DNA from: Flavobacteria bacterium MS024-2A
GTDB taxonomy: Bacteria > Bacteroidota > Bacteroidia > Flavobacteriales > Flavobacteriaceae
Assembly: GCA_905181895.1 (NCBI GenBank)
Contig: CAJJAB010000009.1
Location: forward strand, 1 to 49,488
Direction of reading: 5' to 3'
DNA: 49,488 bases
Notes under the pieces: generated by a model
What the model was told of the DNA's origin: nothing
Database searches by the model: none
Seen by the model: the letters and a program-made list of their open reading frames with translations, nothing else
Made by a program: the position numbers and the translations under genes
Shown: positions 27,879 to 38,442 of the stretch, piece after piece
How positions within the stretch are numbered: the stretch's first letter is position 1
Layout of the letters: each line of letters begins with the position of its first letter

Positions 27879-28247
27879 ATGATTCAAGATAGTAATTGGC
27901 GACCCCTTCCAGATTTTTTAACTATCTCTAAAAGCTCTATAGAAGGTTTGGGTTTGATCACTACCAAAAAACTTAATATTGGTACTGATTTAGGCATGAC
28001 TCATATTCATGACAAACGTTTTCAAGACGGCTATATTCGGCTTCCATTAGGGGCTTTTATCAATCATCATGAAATTCCAAATTGCAAAGCAGTATTTGCT
28101 GAAACCGATAAGATTATCGGATCATTAAAACACATTCGGATCGTTACTCAAAAAGTAATTCCCGCGGGAACTGAGATTACTGTAAAGTATGTTATAAATA
28201 AATTAGAAGACCCAGACTGGGAGAAAGAATATGAAATAACTCAGTAG
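27879..28247 (+). CDS. Minimal SET-domain protein (putative protein-lysine methyltransferase)
   Basis: 122 aa. SIEGLGLITTKK is the GxG SAM-binding turn. LGAFINHHEIPNC corresponds to (R)FINHSCxPN. IPAGTEITVKY corresponds to GEELTxxY with the catalytic Tyr. Confidence 0.7.
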   Translation: MIQDSNWRPLPDFLTISKSSIEGLGLITTKKLNIGTDLGMTHIHDKRFQDGYIRLPLGAFINHHEIPNCKAVFAETDKIIGSLKHIRIVTQKVIPAGTEITVKYVINKLEDPDWEKEYEITQ

Positions 28248-28416
28248 ATCTTCTTTAAAATACACTTCATTGTATTAATTGTTATTTTTATGTCCACATT
28301 GAAATTAAAACTTATTTTTTTTAAAGTCAAAATATTAAAGTTAATTGATAGATTTTGTTTAACTTTTATTACATTCGTTCTATCAATTCTTCAATGATGA
28401 ATTGGTTTATGGTTAT

Positions 28417-28451
28417 GGTCTTCAGGAATAATTCCTGAAGACCTTTTTTTT
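28417..28451 (+). terminator. Strong Rho-independent terminator (plus-strand orientation)
   Basis: GGTCTTCAGGAAT (28417-28429) pairs with ATTCCTGAAGACC (28431-28443) as a near-perfect palindrome, followed by T8 (28444-28451). There is no matching A-run on the left, so it is efficient only for plus-strand transcripts. Confidence 0.75.
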
Positions 28452-28467
28452 GAAATGTAAATTCTAT

Positions 28468-29733
28468 CTACGTAACATTTTTTTTCTTTGAGCAAAAGTT
28501 TAAATAAGCTTTTTTTGTGACAATGGTTTTAAGCGTATTTACTAGTATCCATATATCCTCATAACTTGTGTAGAGAGGTGTTATGCCAAAACGAATAAAA
28601 TAAGGTGGTCTATAATCAGGAATTATTTTAGGATACGATTTACTTCCTGCCATTAGTGCTTGACAGATTTGCCAAGATGCAGAGTGAGAAAGTGTAACAT
28701 GAGATCCTCTTTGATTTGGATCTATCGGACTCTCAATAGAAAAACCAATCGGAATTAACTCTTCTTCGGCTGCTTTTAAAAAAAAATCTGATTGTGAGGT
28801 ACTTTTAAGTCTAATCTCCTCAATTCCAGCCTCTAAAACTAAATCTATTCCTGCCTCTATTCCTGCTATTGAAAGTACGGATGGAGTTCCAGAGGCAAAG
28901 CGATCTATTCCATCTGCAGGAATAAAGTTCATGTTAAAATCAAAAGGGCGATGATGGCCAAACCAGCCTTGAATGGGATTAAAAAGGTTAGGTTGTAAAT
29001 CATTATTTACGAACAAAAAAGCGGGGGCGCCTGGCCCTCCATTCATATACTTGTAGGTACATCCCAAAGCAATTTTCACTTCAGCCACTTTTAAATTAAT
29101 AGCTACTGCGCCTACAGCATGACTTAAATCCCAAACTATAATACTATTATATTTTGCTGCCCAACGGTTTAAAAGTTGTACCGGGTAAAAAAAGGCACTT
29201 TTATAACTTACCATGCTCAAGCAAATAATACCAGGATTTTCCTTAATTGAATTTTTTAATATTTCAATATCAGCTTCAATTTCATTGGGATACTTAACAA
29301 CAGTGATTTGAGGAATTTGAAATGCTTTTTTAAGTCCTTCGATAATGTATAAGTCAGTTGGAAAATTAAGTATGTCGGTTGTAAGGTTTTTATGAAATAG
29401 ATTTGAACTCAAAAGAGCATAAAGGATTTGATATAATCTAACTGAAGTTGATTCTCCAATACATATTTCTCCATTTTCAGTACCCAATAATTGAGCATAT
29501 TTTGATGCTATTCTTTTTGGCAAAAAAAGCCAGTTCTCATTCCAACTTCTTATTAGTCTTTCGCCCCATTGATTTTGAATAATTTCATTTAGCATTTTCT
29601 TTGATTTTAATGGAAGTTTCCCCAACGAATTACCATCAAAATAAAGTTCATTTTCAGGATGAAAAAAACGAGTTTTAAATTTTAATAAAGGATCTTTTTC
29701 ATCCTTTTGTTGAATTTGAGATAAATCCATCAT
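28468..29733 (-). CDS. kynU: Kynureninase
   Basis: 421 aa PLP fold-type I. Has LYFDGNSLGKLP, WDLSHAVGAV, and the PLP-lysine segment GCTYKYMNGGPGAPAF. Confidence 0.85.
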   Translation of the reverse strand: MMDLSQIQQKDEKDPLLKFKTRFFHPENELYFDGNSLGKLPLKSKKMLNEIIQNQWGERLIRSWNENWLFLPKRIASKYAQLLGTENGEICIGESTSVRLYQILYALLSSNLFHKNLTTDILNFPTDLYIIEGLKKAFQIPQITVVKYPNEIEADIEILKNSIKENPGIICLSMVSYKSAFFYPVQLLNRWAAKYNSIIVWDLSHAVGAVAINLKVAEVKIALGCTYKYMNGGPGAPAFLFVNNDLQPNLFNPIQGWFGHHRPFDFNMNFIPADGIDRFASGTPSVLSIAGIEAGIDLVLEAGIEEIRLKSTSQSDFFLKAAEEELIPIGFSIESPIDPNQRGSHVTLSHSASWQICQALMAGSKSYPKIIPDYRPPYFIRFGITPLYTSYEDIWILVNTLKTIVTKKAYLNFCSKKKNVT

Positions 29734-29946
29734 ATCAATGTGGCATTAAAGCTAAAAGGAAAATCAATACTTCAAATCCAAGAAGATTTTTCATAAACTA
29801 AAATCAGTGTTTAATAAAACAAAATTAATGTGTTAATTTAGATTAATCCATTGGGCTTAACGAAGGTATTAAAAATTTAAAAAGACATGTCTAATAAACT
29901 TCTAAACGATCAATGTTTGTTTTAATTCAATATTTTTAATTTCAAG

Positions 29947-30768
29947 ATGCGTTATTTACACCTTTTATTTGTCCCAATACTTAGTTACACTCAAATTTCA
30001 ATTAGTACGACTAATTTACCCAAAGAACTTGAAGAGACTTCGGGATTAGAATTCTATGGAGAAAACTACATAACTCATAATGACTCAGGGGACAAGGCTA
30101 AAGTCTATGTTTTTAATTCTAAAGGAAAAATAGTTAAAAGCATTCGACTATATGATTTAAAAAACGAAGATTGGGAAGATATTGCAGCAGATTCCGATCA
30201 CTATTACATTGCTGATACAGGCAATAATAAAGGAAATCGTAAAAATCTTAAAATTTACATATTAAGCTCAAATTTTGATTTAGAGGGTGAGATAAATATT
30301 AAATATAAAGGTCAAAATGATTTTACTGAAAGAGCCATTCATCCATTTGATGCTGAGGCGCTAACTGTTTACGGAGACTCACTTTTATTATTTTCAAAAA
30401 ATAGAAAAACACTAAAATCTGAAATTTATATTTTTCCTAAAACCACAGGAAATTATAATATTAATCCTCAAGCGGTTTTGAATGTTAACTCCTTAATAAC
30501 TGCCGCTGATTATAATGAGGAATATGATCTTTTAGTTTTAACAGGCGAAAATTTTGTTGGTGACCAATTCTTTTACTCTGTCACGAATTTTAAAAAAAAC
30601 GGATGGAGGTCTTTCAATTTGATTAAATATAAAATTCCAATTGGTGGAGCTCAAATTGAAGCAGTAAAAATTATTAATGAGAATAAATTCATTCTCACAT
30701 CAGAAAAAGTAAAAAATAAATTAGCAAGATTTATCTTTTTAGTGATTGACAAGAAGGTGATTTTTTAA
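29947..30768 (+). CDS. Hypothetical exported protein, probable beta-propeller
   Basis: 273 aa with an N-terminal signal-like segment. Motifs ETSGLEF...HNDSGD and NEDWEDIAAD..YYIADTGNN resemble propeller proteins of unknown function. Confidence 0.5.
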   Translation: MRYLHLLFVPILSYTQISISTTNLPKELEETSGLEFYGENYITHNDSGDKAKVYVFNSKGKIVKSIRLYDLKNEDWEDIAADSDHYYIADTGNNKGNRKNLKIYILSSNFDLEGEINIKYKGQNDFTERAIHPFDAEALTVYGDSLLLFSKNRKTLKSEIYIFPKTTGNYNINPQAVLNVNSLITAADYNEEYDLLVLTGENFVGDQFFYSVTNFKKNGWRSFNLIKYKIPIGGAQIEAVKIINENKFILTSEKVKNKLARFIFLVIDKKVIF

Positions 30769-30844
30769 GCAGAATAATATTTTAAATTAGGTTTTTCTTA
30801 AATTGGGATATAAAAGAAAATTTCACGAAAACGATATCATATTT

Positions 30845-33800
30845 ATGAAAACAGCATTAAATTTATTAATAGTAATAGCTTTAAGCACATCTTTTTCTTT
30901 TGCTCAGAAAATAAAGAAAACCAAAAAAAAGTCAGAATTTCAATCTATTATTTACAATGATTTAAAATGGAGAAATATTGGTCCTTTTAGAGGAGGCAGG
31001 AGTGTTGCTTCAACAGGAGTTGTAAATGCACCCTCTACTTTTTACATGGGGAGTACTGGAGGAGGTGTTTGGAAAACAGATGATAACGGAATCTACTGGA
31101 AAAATATTTCAGATGGTTTTTTTAAAACAGGTACGGTTGGTGCAATTGCAGTATCTGAAAGCGATCCAAATATTGTAATTGCTGGAATGGGAGAACATGC
31201 TGCGCGTGGAGTTATGTCCTCTATGGGTGATGGAGTTTATAAATCAGAAGACGCTGGAGCTACCTGGAAGCACATTGGGCTAAAAAAATCTAGACACATT
31301 GCAAATATTCAAATTCACCCGACGCAACCTGACATTATTTATGTTGCTGTTCAAGGGGCACAATATGGACCTAGTAGTCAGCGAGGAATTTATCGTACTC
31401 AGGATGGTGGAAAATCATGGAAGAAAGTGCTTTTTATTAATGATAATGTTGGTGCGGCTTCTTTGAGCATGGATTTTAAAAATCCCCGAATATTATATGT
31501 TGCCCTTTGGGAGCATTCTCGTTCTCCATGGCAAATTAAATCGGGAGGGCCTAATTCAGGGATCTACAAATCAACTGATGGGGGAGATACTTGGATACAA
31601 CTCGAAAAAGGATTACCTAAAGTGATAGGTAAAGCAGGTATTTCTGTTTCTAGAGCTAATCCTGATTTGGTGTATATTAATCTTGAAGCCAAGGGTAAAT
31701 TGGCTGGTGTGTATCGATCTGACAATGGTGGTGCAGAATGGAAACAGGTTAATAAAGATAGAATTGCCGTTGCTCGTTCTTGGTATTATATGGAGGTTTT
31801 TGCAGACCCTCAGGATGAAAATATTGTTTATGTTATGAATGCGCCTGCCTTAAAGTCAATTGATAGGGGAAAAACATTTAAAACGATGGCTACTCCCCAC
31901 GGAGACAATCATCATCTTTGGATAAATCCAAAGAATAATCAAATTATGATTAATTCAAATGATGGTGGAGCGAATGTATCGTCTAATGGAGGGAAAAGTT
32001 GGAGCACTCAACAAAATCAGCCTACAGCTCAATTTTATAGAGTTATTGCTGATGAGCAAGTACCTTATCATGTTTATGGCGGACAACAAGATAATTCATC
32101 TATTGGAATAAAAAGCAGAACAAACAACCAAGGAATTGATTGGAAAGATTGGTATTCTGTTGCTGGTTGTGAAAGTGCATTTTTAGCATTTGATCCTAAA
32201 AACCCAGAGCAGGTTTACGGAGGATGCTATCAAGGAATTATTGAACGTTGGCATCGAAAAACCTCAGTCTCTAAAGGGATTAAGGAATATCCTGAATTGG
32301 CTTTAGGGAATACCCCCATAGATTTTAAATATCGTTTTAATTGGAATGCACCTATTATAATAGCTCCTGATGATTCCAAAACTATTTATCATGCAGGGAA
32401 TGTTGTTTTTAAAACACAGAATGGAGGAATTGACTGGGAGGTTATTAGTCCTGATTTAACAAGAAATAATAAAGCACAGCAACTGGCAGGTGGAGTGCCT
32501 TTTACCAATGAAGCTGCGGGAGGAGAGAATTATAATACGTTGATGAGTCTTTCAGCCTCACCTTTTGATCCTGCTGTTTTATGGGCAGGAAGTGATGATG
32601 GGTTGGTTCATCTTACCCAAGACGGAGGAAAAACATGGAAGAATGTAACTCCAAAAAAGATGCAAGAAGGGATAGTCAATAGCATTGATGTTTCTCCTCA
32701 TAATCCTGCAAAAGCCTATATCGTTGTAATGCGTTATAAATTTATGGATTTAAAATCTTATATATATAAAACAGAAGATTTTGGAGAAAACTGGAAATTG
32801 ATTACTGATGGAATAGAGGGAATACACACTTTTGCCCGTGTGGTAAGAGCAGATAAAAAAGTTCCAGGACTTTTGTATGCCGGTACAGAAACAGGGCTTT
32901 ATATTTCCTATGACGATGGATATAACTGGAAAGCATTTCAAAATAATTTCCCTGTCGTACCAATAAATGATTTATTTATTCAAGACAATGACCTTATCGC
33001 AGCGACAGCAGGGCGTTCTTTCTGGATTTTAGATGATCTCAGTAATTTACAGGAACAACAAAGTATTGAGGGATTGCATTTAGTAACTCCAAAAGTAGCC
33101 TACCGTTTGTCCTCAAGAAAGACACCCAAGGGAAGCATACAAGGAACTAATCCTGCCCCAGGAATATATTTAGATTATTATCTTCCAAAACACTCGGATT
33201 CTATTCCACTAACTTTAGAGATCTTGGAGGGTAATAAAATAATTCGAAGTTATACCTCTGAGAAACCAGAGATAACAAAACCTTGGCCAGGCGGTCCATC
33301 ACCTGAATTGATTTTGCCAATAAAAGAAGGTTTTAATCGAGTAAATTGGGACTTTCGAAGATCCTCCATTCCAGCAGTCGATAACGTATTTGTTTATGGT
33401 AGCTTTGAGGGAAGTAGGGTGGGTCCAGGTAAGTATAAGGCTCGTTTAACTTATGGTAATAAAAAAAGAGAAACATTTTTGACTATTTTACCTAATCCTA
33501 ATATTGATGCCACCCAAACTGACTTTGATGTGCAACAGGAACTTTTGATTGAAATAGATACTGCCCTCGCAACAATTCACAGCTCTGTAACACGAATGCG
33601 CGATATTCAAACGCAATTGTTGCATTATACCGAAGTACTTCAAGGAAGAACTGCATTTACACCTGTTTTAGACAAGGCTTCAGTAATTGGAAAAAAATTG
33701 AAAGCATGGGAATTAAAATTGATTCAACCCCAGCAAAAAACTTTTCAAGATGTAATTAATTTTAATAATAAATTAAATGCAGAATGGATGTATCTTAAAG

Positions 33801-33985
33801 AGTTTGTTGATTCCGATGATCCAAAAGTCACTCAGGGTGCTAAAGATCGTTTTAAAGATTTGATGGCACAATGGAAGGTAAATGAGAAAGAATTGAATGC
33901 AATTATTAATGTTGATTTTAAAGCATTTGAAACTTTGTATCGAGCAATGAAGGTACCTGTATTACTTATTCCAGATACTGATTAA
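30845..33985 (+). CDS. Sortilin/VPS10-like BNR (Asp-box) repeat protein, exported
   Basis: I prefer ATG 30845 ([21 protein letters not shown] signal peptide) to TTG 30803. At least 10 Asp-box-like repeats (S/T-x-D-x-G-x-T/S-W): [80 protein letters not shown]. Confidence 0.8.
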   Translation: MKTALNLLIVIALSTSFSFAQKIKKTKKKSEFQSIIYNDLKWRNIGPFRGGRSVASTGVVNAPSTFYMGSTGGGVWKTDDNGIYWKNISDGFFKTGTVGAIAVSESDPNIVIAGMGEHAARGVMSSMGDGVYKSEDAGATWKHIGLKKSRHIANIQIHPTQPDIIYVAVQGAQYGPSSQRGIYRTQDGGKSWKKVLFINDNVGAASLSMDFKNPRILYVALWEHSRSPWQIKSGGPNSGIYKSTDGGDTWIQLEKGLPKVIGKAGISVSRANPDLVYINLEAKGKLAGVYRSDNGGAEWKQVNKDRIAVARSWYYMEVFADPQDENIVYVMNAPALKSIDRGKTFKTMATPHGDNHHLWINPKNNQIMINSNDGGANVSSNGGKSWSTQQNQPTAQFYRVIADEQVPYHVYGGQQDNSSIGIKSRTNNQGIDWKDWYSVAGCESAFLAFDPKNPEQVYGGCYQGIIERWHRKTSVSKGIKEYPELALGNTPIDFKYRFNWNAPIIIAPDDSKTIYHAGNVVFKTQNGGIDWEVISPDLTRNNKAQQLAGGVPFTNEAAGGENYNTLMSLSASPFDPAVLWAGSDDGLVHLTQDGGKTWKNVTPKKMQEGIVNSIDVSPHNPAKAYIVVMRYKFMDLKSYIYKTEDFGENWKLITDGIEGIHTFARVVRADKKVPGLLYAGTETGLYISYDDGYNWKAFQNNFPVVPINDLFIQDNDLIAATAGRSFWILDDLSNLQEQQSIEGLHLVTPKVAYRLSSRKTPKGSIQGTNPAPGIYLDYYLPKHSDSIPLTLEILEGNKIIRSYTSEKPEITKPWPGGPSPELILPIKEGFNRVNWDFRRSSIPAVDNVFVYGSFEGSRVGPGKYKARLTYGNKKRETFLTILPNPNIDATQTDFDVQQELLIEIDTALATIHSSVTRMRDIQTQLLHYTEVLQGRTAFTPVLDKASVIGKKLKAWELKLIQPQQKTFQDVINFNNKLNAEWMYLKEFVDSDDPKVTQGAKDRFKDLMAQWKVNEKELNAIINVDFKAFETLYRAMKVPVLLIPDTD

Positions 33986-33991
33986 AAAATG

Positions 33992-36232
33992 TTACAATCC
34001 GATTAGATATTGGAACTTTAAGAAAAGCTGTGTTTGATCCACTCTAAATGGGGAGTAAAACTCATCGTTGAAATCGTCAAGAGAGTTTTGATTTCCACCA
34101 ATATAGAATACAGTAGATGGGTTTGGATTCCATTGTAATAATGGCTGTACAAAAAAGCGATCAGTAAATTCATTATATTCAGAAACTAAACGAACATTTA
34201 AAAAGTTATTGAATTGATATCGGATTGAAAAACGAGATATGGATCCTTTGAAATAATTTGTATTAGTTTGTAAATTCTTTAAGCTTAAGTACCTTACAGA
34301 AGGTGAAATATTAAGCTTATCTCCTAATTGAAAAATTGGCATAGCAAAAAAACTAAACTCTTTTCCTATTTCGGGAATCTCTTCGTTGTAGGCTAAGTCT
34401 TTACCAAAGGTCATGCGTAAGCTTAGATTAAAAACTTCACTGGGATTACTCCTAATATTTAATTCACTTTTTCCTACATATTTGTAATCTCTGTTAAGGT
34501 AATTTTTGAAAATATCCCAATCATAGGTATAGTTTATAGTCGTATTTAAAAATGTCTTTACACTAAAGATACCATCTAAACTTATATTTTTCAAATTGTT
34601 GTCAAAGGTATAGTTAATGTCTGCCTTGGTTCCAAAACTAAAAAACTGTAAACCTTTCTTATTAATGAAATTCTGATATTCATGAAAAAGCGTAGCCCAA
34701 CGGCGGTTGTTTTTAACCACAAACCCAACATTAGCCTGATACTCAGGTGAGATATTCCTTAAGTAGACATAAGTCTTCCAGTGTTCAGTATTTCGATAGA
34801 GTTGAAGGTAAAAAGCACTTCCCTTAAAACGCTCTTGATCAAGATTTACAGTTCTTCCGTTATACTGATCATCATTATCAATCCAATTTGCATTAGGTTC
34901 TTTATTAAAATTAGCAAAAAGCTCGTATGTAAGACGCCAATTTTTATTAAATAAAAACCAACCATCTGTTCCTATAAGATTACCATACCCTCCATCGTTA
35001 TAATACCGATTTGTAGTAACCATTCCCAAACGAGTGTTTTTATTAACTAAACGTTGATATCTAAAAACATTTACATAAGATCTTCCTCCTTGTCCAAAAT
35101 AAGAACGGTCTTCTCCTGCAATTTGGTAGGGTGAATTTTGATCTAAAGCAGTCAGAAAATAAATTCTTGATTTTTTCCCCTGGCTTAAAAGTTTGGTTGA
35201 TATTAAAGGATTGTTGATGGATCTTGAATAAAATGCACCGTCTGTAAAATTTACCAAATCCGTTCCTCTGTTGAAAAAAGGTCTGCGCTCAGGATATTCT
35301 AGGGCATAAGAAGAGTTAACATCAATTTGGGTAACATCAGCCTCCACTTGAGAAAAGTCTGGATTAAATGTTAATTCAAGAGTGCTATTTTTATTCAAGT
35401 CAAGATTAAGTCCTAGCCCTGCGTTAGGTTTGAATTTATCATAATCTAAAGAAGAATTTCTAGTTGGACGGACTCCACTCAAACTTCCTGAAACATAGGG
35501 TAACAACTCGACTCTTTTTTTAATAGCGATGTTTTTTAGCATTAGTTGGTCTGTTGTTTGACAAACTTGACATGGGTTATTCCTGTCAAAAGGTTGACTA
35601 CTTAATTCGATATCATTTCCGTTACGATAATATTTTCTAAACAAATTGAAATGCCAAAGTTGATTGGTTCCATTTGGAAATGGAAGAGAAGAAAAAGGAA
35701 TTTTAAATTCAACTTGATATCCGTCTTCAACTATAGTTCCAGCTGTTTCAAAATCAAGATTAAAACTACCATCATAGCGTTTCTCGTCGGTAAGAGCATT
35801 TACAGCTCGGACATCAAATTGACTTCCAAAGGGATTTGCAGCCAAGATATAATTATTTCTACCATCTGCATAAGTGTCAAAGCGAATGAGAACGACATCG
35901 TCATTAAACATCCCAAAATCATCACGAGATCGCACAGAGGATCGAATATTTTCAGGTTTGTCGAAGGCGTGAAAAGCAATTAATAAATGGGTGTCTGTGT
36001 AGGTAATATATCCTAAAGTTTTAACCTTGGCAGGTAAATTATTTCCTGGTTTTGTTTCAAAATCAATAGCGATTGAAAGACCATCTTTCCATTCTCCAGG
36101 ACTCAATACCCCATCAATTGTAATTTGATCTTTATCTGTTTTTTTAGGCTCAAAAAGTTCTTGTGCACCACCTAAGAAAAAACTCATAATTAATATAAGC
36201 GAGCAGATGGATATAATATTTTTTGACATCAT
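33992..36232 (-). CDS. Outer-membrane protein with N-terminal CBM9/DOMON-like domain (DUF5916-like)
   Basis: 746 aa with a signal peptide. Has the N-terminal ITIDGVLSPGEWKDG...LLIAFHAFD pattern and a long beta-rich C-terminal region ending ...FQYLIGL. The family name is from memory. Confidence 0.55.
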   Translation of the reverse strand: MMSKNIISICSLILIMSFFLGGAQELFEPKKTDKDQITIDGVLSPGEWKDGLSIAIDFETKPGNNLPAKVKTLGYITYTDTHLLIAFHAFDKPENIRSSVRSRDDFGMFNDDVVLIRFDTYADGRNNYILAANPFGSQFDVRAVNALTDEKRYDGSFNLDFETAGTIVEDGYQVEFKIPFSSLPFPNGTNQLWHFNLFRKYYRNGNDIELSSQPFDRNNPCQVCQTTDQLMLKNIAIKKRVELLPYVSGSLSGVRPTRNSSLDYDKFKPNAGLGLNLDLNKNSTLELTFNPDFSQVEADVTQIDVNSSYALEYPERRPFFNRGTDLVNFTDGAFYSRSINNPLISTKLLSQGKKSRIYFLTALDQNSPYQIAGEDRSYFGQGGRSYVNVFRYQRLVNKNTRLGMVTTNRYYNDGGYGNLIGTDGWFLFNKNWRLTYELFANFNKEPNANWIDNDDQYNGRTVNLDQERFKGSAFYLQLYRNTEHWKTYVYLRNISPEYQANVGFVVKNNRRWATLFHEYQNFINKKGLQFFSFGTKADINYTFDNNLKNISLDGIFSVKTFLNTTINYTYDWDIFKNYLNRDYKYVGKSELNIRSNPSEVFNLSLRMTFGKDLAYNEEIPEIGKEFSFFAMPIFQLGDKLNISPSVRYLSLKNLQTNTNYFKGSISRFSIRYQFNNFLNVRLVSEYNEFTDRFFVQPLLQWNPNPSTVFYIGGNQNSLDDFNDEFYSPFRVDQTQLFLKFQYLIGL

Positions 36233-36439
36233 AAAATGATAAAGCTTTAAAGATACGGAGGCATTTTGAAGTACAAAATAAATTGACTTTATAAATGGTG
36301 TTTTTTAAAAGACTTAGGTTTTAATTAAAAGCAAATTTTAGATTATTTAATAAAAATCTTTCACAATCCAATAATATTATTATTCAGGAGCCTTTAAAAT
36401 CTAATGAGTTTACTTATTTTTAGCTTTGATTAAAAATCT

Positions 36440-37726
36440 ATGGAATATACCTCACTTGTTATATCTTTCTTTACTATTTTAGGAATTGCTGCACTTTTTT
36501 TTAGAAAAAAAATCACTGACACTTCTGCAATAGAAGATATTTTTAAATCATTACTTCAAAAAGAATTTTTGTTAAACCGAGAGGAGCTTTCAAAAAATTT
36601 AAAAGAGAATCGAAACGAATTAACTCAAAGTATTGAAAGATTAAATGAAACATTAATCAAAAAAGCAAAAGACGATCGTGAAGAATTACGCAATACATTA
36701 AAAGACTTTGAAGCGAGTTTTACTAAAAATGTGGAAAGCTTTAACAATATTCAAAAACAGAAGTTTGATGAGATGAAAACCAAGCAAGATGAAATGATAA
36801 AGACTACTGAGATACGATTGGAGAGAATGCGAGAAACAGTTGACGAAAAGCTACATAAGACTTTGGAGGAGCGACTAGGAAAATCTTTTGAAATGGTTAC
36901 TCAACAACTTTTAGTGGTTCAAAAAGGGTTGGGAGAAATGCAAAACATTGCCTCTGGTGTGGGGGACTTAAAGAAAGTGCTTTCAAATGTTAAAACCCGT
37001 GGTGTTTTGGGGGAAATTCAATTAGGGAATATTCTAGAAGAAATTATGTCTCGAGAACAATACGATACAAATGTAAAAACAAAGAAAGGATCTGACGCAA
37101 TTGTAGAATTTGCGATTAAACTTCCTGGAAAAGAAAATAATGAAGGTTCTGTTTATCTTCCTATAGACGCGAAATTCCCTCAAGAAGATTATGTAAGGCT
37201 TCAAAACGCATATGAAGCGGGAGATACTGTAGCTGTTGAGCTTTCAATGAAGGCGCTTTTACAGGCAGTCAAAAAGTTTGCTAAAGATATTTCAATAAAA
37301 TACATCGACCCTCCTCACACCACAGACTTTGGAATCATGTTCCTTCCCATTGAAGGGTTATTTGCCGAGGTTGTTCGTCAACCAGATATGATTGCCTTTT
37401 TACAAAGGGAATACAAAATTGTAGTCACTGGGCCTACTACACTGGCTGCAATGCTTAATAGCCTCCAAATGGGCTTTAAAACCTTAGCCATTCAAAAACG
37501 GAGTGGTGAGGTTTGGAATGTTTTGGCTTCTGTCAAAAAAGAGTTTAACACTTTTGGAGGTGTACTTGAAAAAGCTCAGAAGAAGTTGAATGAAGCTAAC
37601 AATGAAATTGAAAATCTTGTGGGTACCCGAACCCGAATCATGCAATCTAAATTAAAAAATGTAGAACAGCTTGAGTTACCAAAAGAGCCTGAAGAAGAAA
37701 GAAATTTGCTAGATCTAAAAGATTAA
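36440..37726 (+). CDS. rmuC: DNA recombination protein RmuC
   Basis: 428 aa. Has an N-terminal TM helix, a long coiled coil, and a C-terminal nuclease-like RmuC domain (LPIDAKFPQEDY, MFLPIEGLFAE). Confidence 0.8.
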   Translation: MEYTSLVISFFTILGIAALFFRKKITDTSAIEDIFKSLLQKEFLLNREELSKNLKENRNELTQSIERLNETLIKKAKDDREELRNTLKDFEASFTKNVESFNNIQKQKFDEMKTKQDEMIKTTEIRLERMRETVDEKLHKTLEERLGKSFEMVTQQLLVVQKGLGEMQNIASGVGDLKKVLSNVKTRGVLGEIQLGNILEEIMSREQYDTNVKTKKGSDAIVEFAIKLPGKENNEGSVYLPIDAKFPQEDYVRLQNAYEAGDTVAVELSMKALLQAVKKFAKDISIKYIDPPHTTDFGIMFLPIEGLFAEVVRQPDMIAFLQREYKIVVTGPTTLAAMLNSLQMGFKTLAIQKRSGEVWNVLASVKKEFNTFGGVLEKAQKKLNEANNEIENLVGTRTRIMQSKLKNVEQLELPKEPEEERNLLDLKD

Positions 37727-37894
37727 AATTAAAACTTTATATAAGTAAAACTAAACTTTGAACTTTTGAAGTTAACAAAAATTATAAATTTTGTTTTTCA
37801 AAACTCTACATTAATCAAAAACATTCGTTTTTAAATATTATCAATGATTATGATGTAAACAACTCAAATGTATCTTAAAAGATTAATAGAGTTG

Positions 37895-38440
37895 CTATTT
37901 TTCAAATTCTAGATTAAAATTAAAAATCAACAAATTCTCTATTTTCACCATCATAAATGAAGGTAATTCAATATCAAAATCTGTTGGGACTAGATTAAAT
38001 TTACCAGTCAGAATTTTTTTATTATTTTTTTCTTTGAGGAAAGCAGTAATGGATTTAATTTTATTGATTCCATGAAAATTGAACAACCCTCTGATTTTTA
38101 TTGAGTCCTGATCAACTTCAATTGAATCTGCATAAAAACGAACTTCTGGAAAAGAGAGAGATTTTAATACCTCTAGAGCGTGTGAATCTCTACCAGTATT
38201 ATTACTATCAAAATCTTTGACTAATGTTAAAATGGCAATTTCTTTAATTTCATTGTCTTGAACTTCAATCTTAGCAATCCCCTTTATTTTATTATTTATT
38301 CCTGTCCAAGCATGAAGCAAATGATTTGCATCATATGAGATAAAACTTTTTTCCGGATTTAGCTTCCATGTTTCTTTTTGTCCAAAGGTTAGATTTGTTA
38401 GTAAAAAGAGGATAAGAATAACGTTTATTTTAGATTTCAT
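37895..38440 (-). CDS. YceI-family periplasmic (polyisoprenoid-binding) protein
   Basis: 181 aa with a signal peptide. Has WKLNPEKSFISYDANHLLHAWTG and FDSNNTGRDSH, typical of YceI-like lipocalin folds. It starts 2 nt after the upstream gene. Confidence 0.7.
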   Translation of the reverse strand: MKSKINVILILFLLTNLTFGQKETWKLNPEKSFISYDANHLLHAWTGINNKIKGIAKIEVQDNEIKEIAILTLVKDFDSNNTGRDSHALEVLKSLSFPEVRFYADSIEVDQDSIKIRGLFNFHGINKIKSITAFLKEKNNKKILTGKFNLVPTDFDIELPSFMMVKIENLLIFNFNLEFEK

Positions 38441-38442
38441 AA

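Noticed and set aside
36440-37726. RmuC as a possible defence-island nuclease.
   Set aside because: It has the standard housekeeping architecture (TM helix, coiled coil, RmuC domain). Its neighbours are ordinary envelope genes, with no partner ATPase, methylase or mobile-element context.
37774-37798. AT-only hairpin AACAAAA-loop-TTTTGTT followed by TTT, downstream of rmuC.
   Set aside because: A seven A-T/one G-C-poor stem in an AT-rich spacer is expected by chance and would be very weak. It is not called as a terminator.
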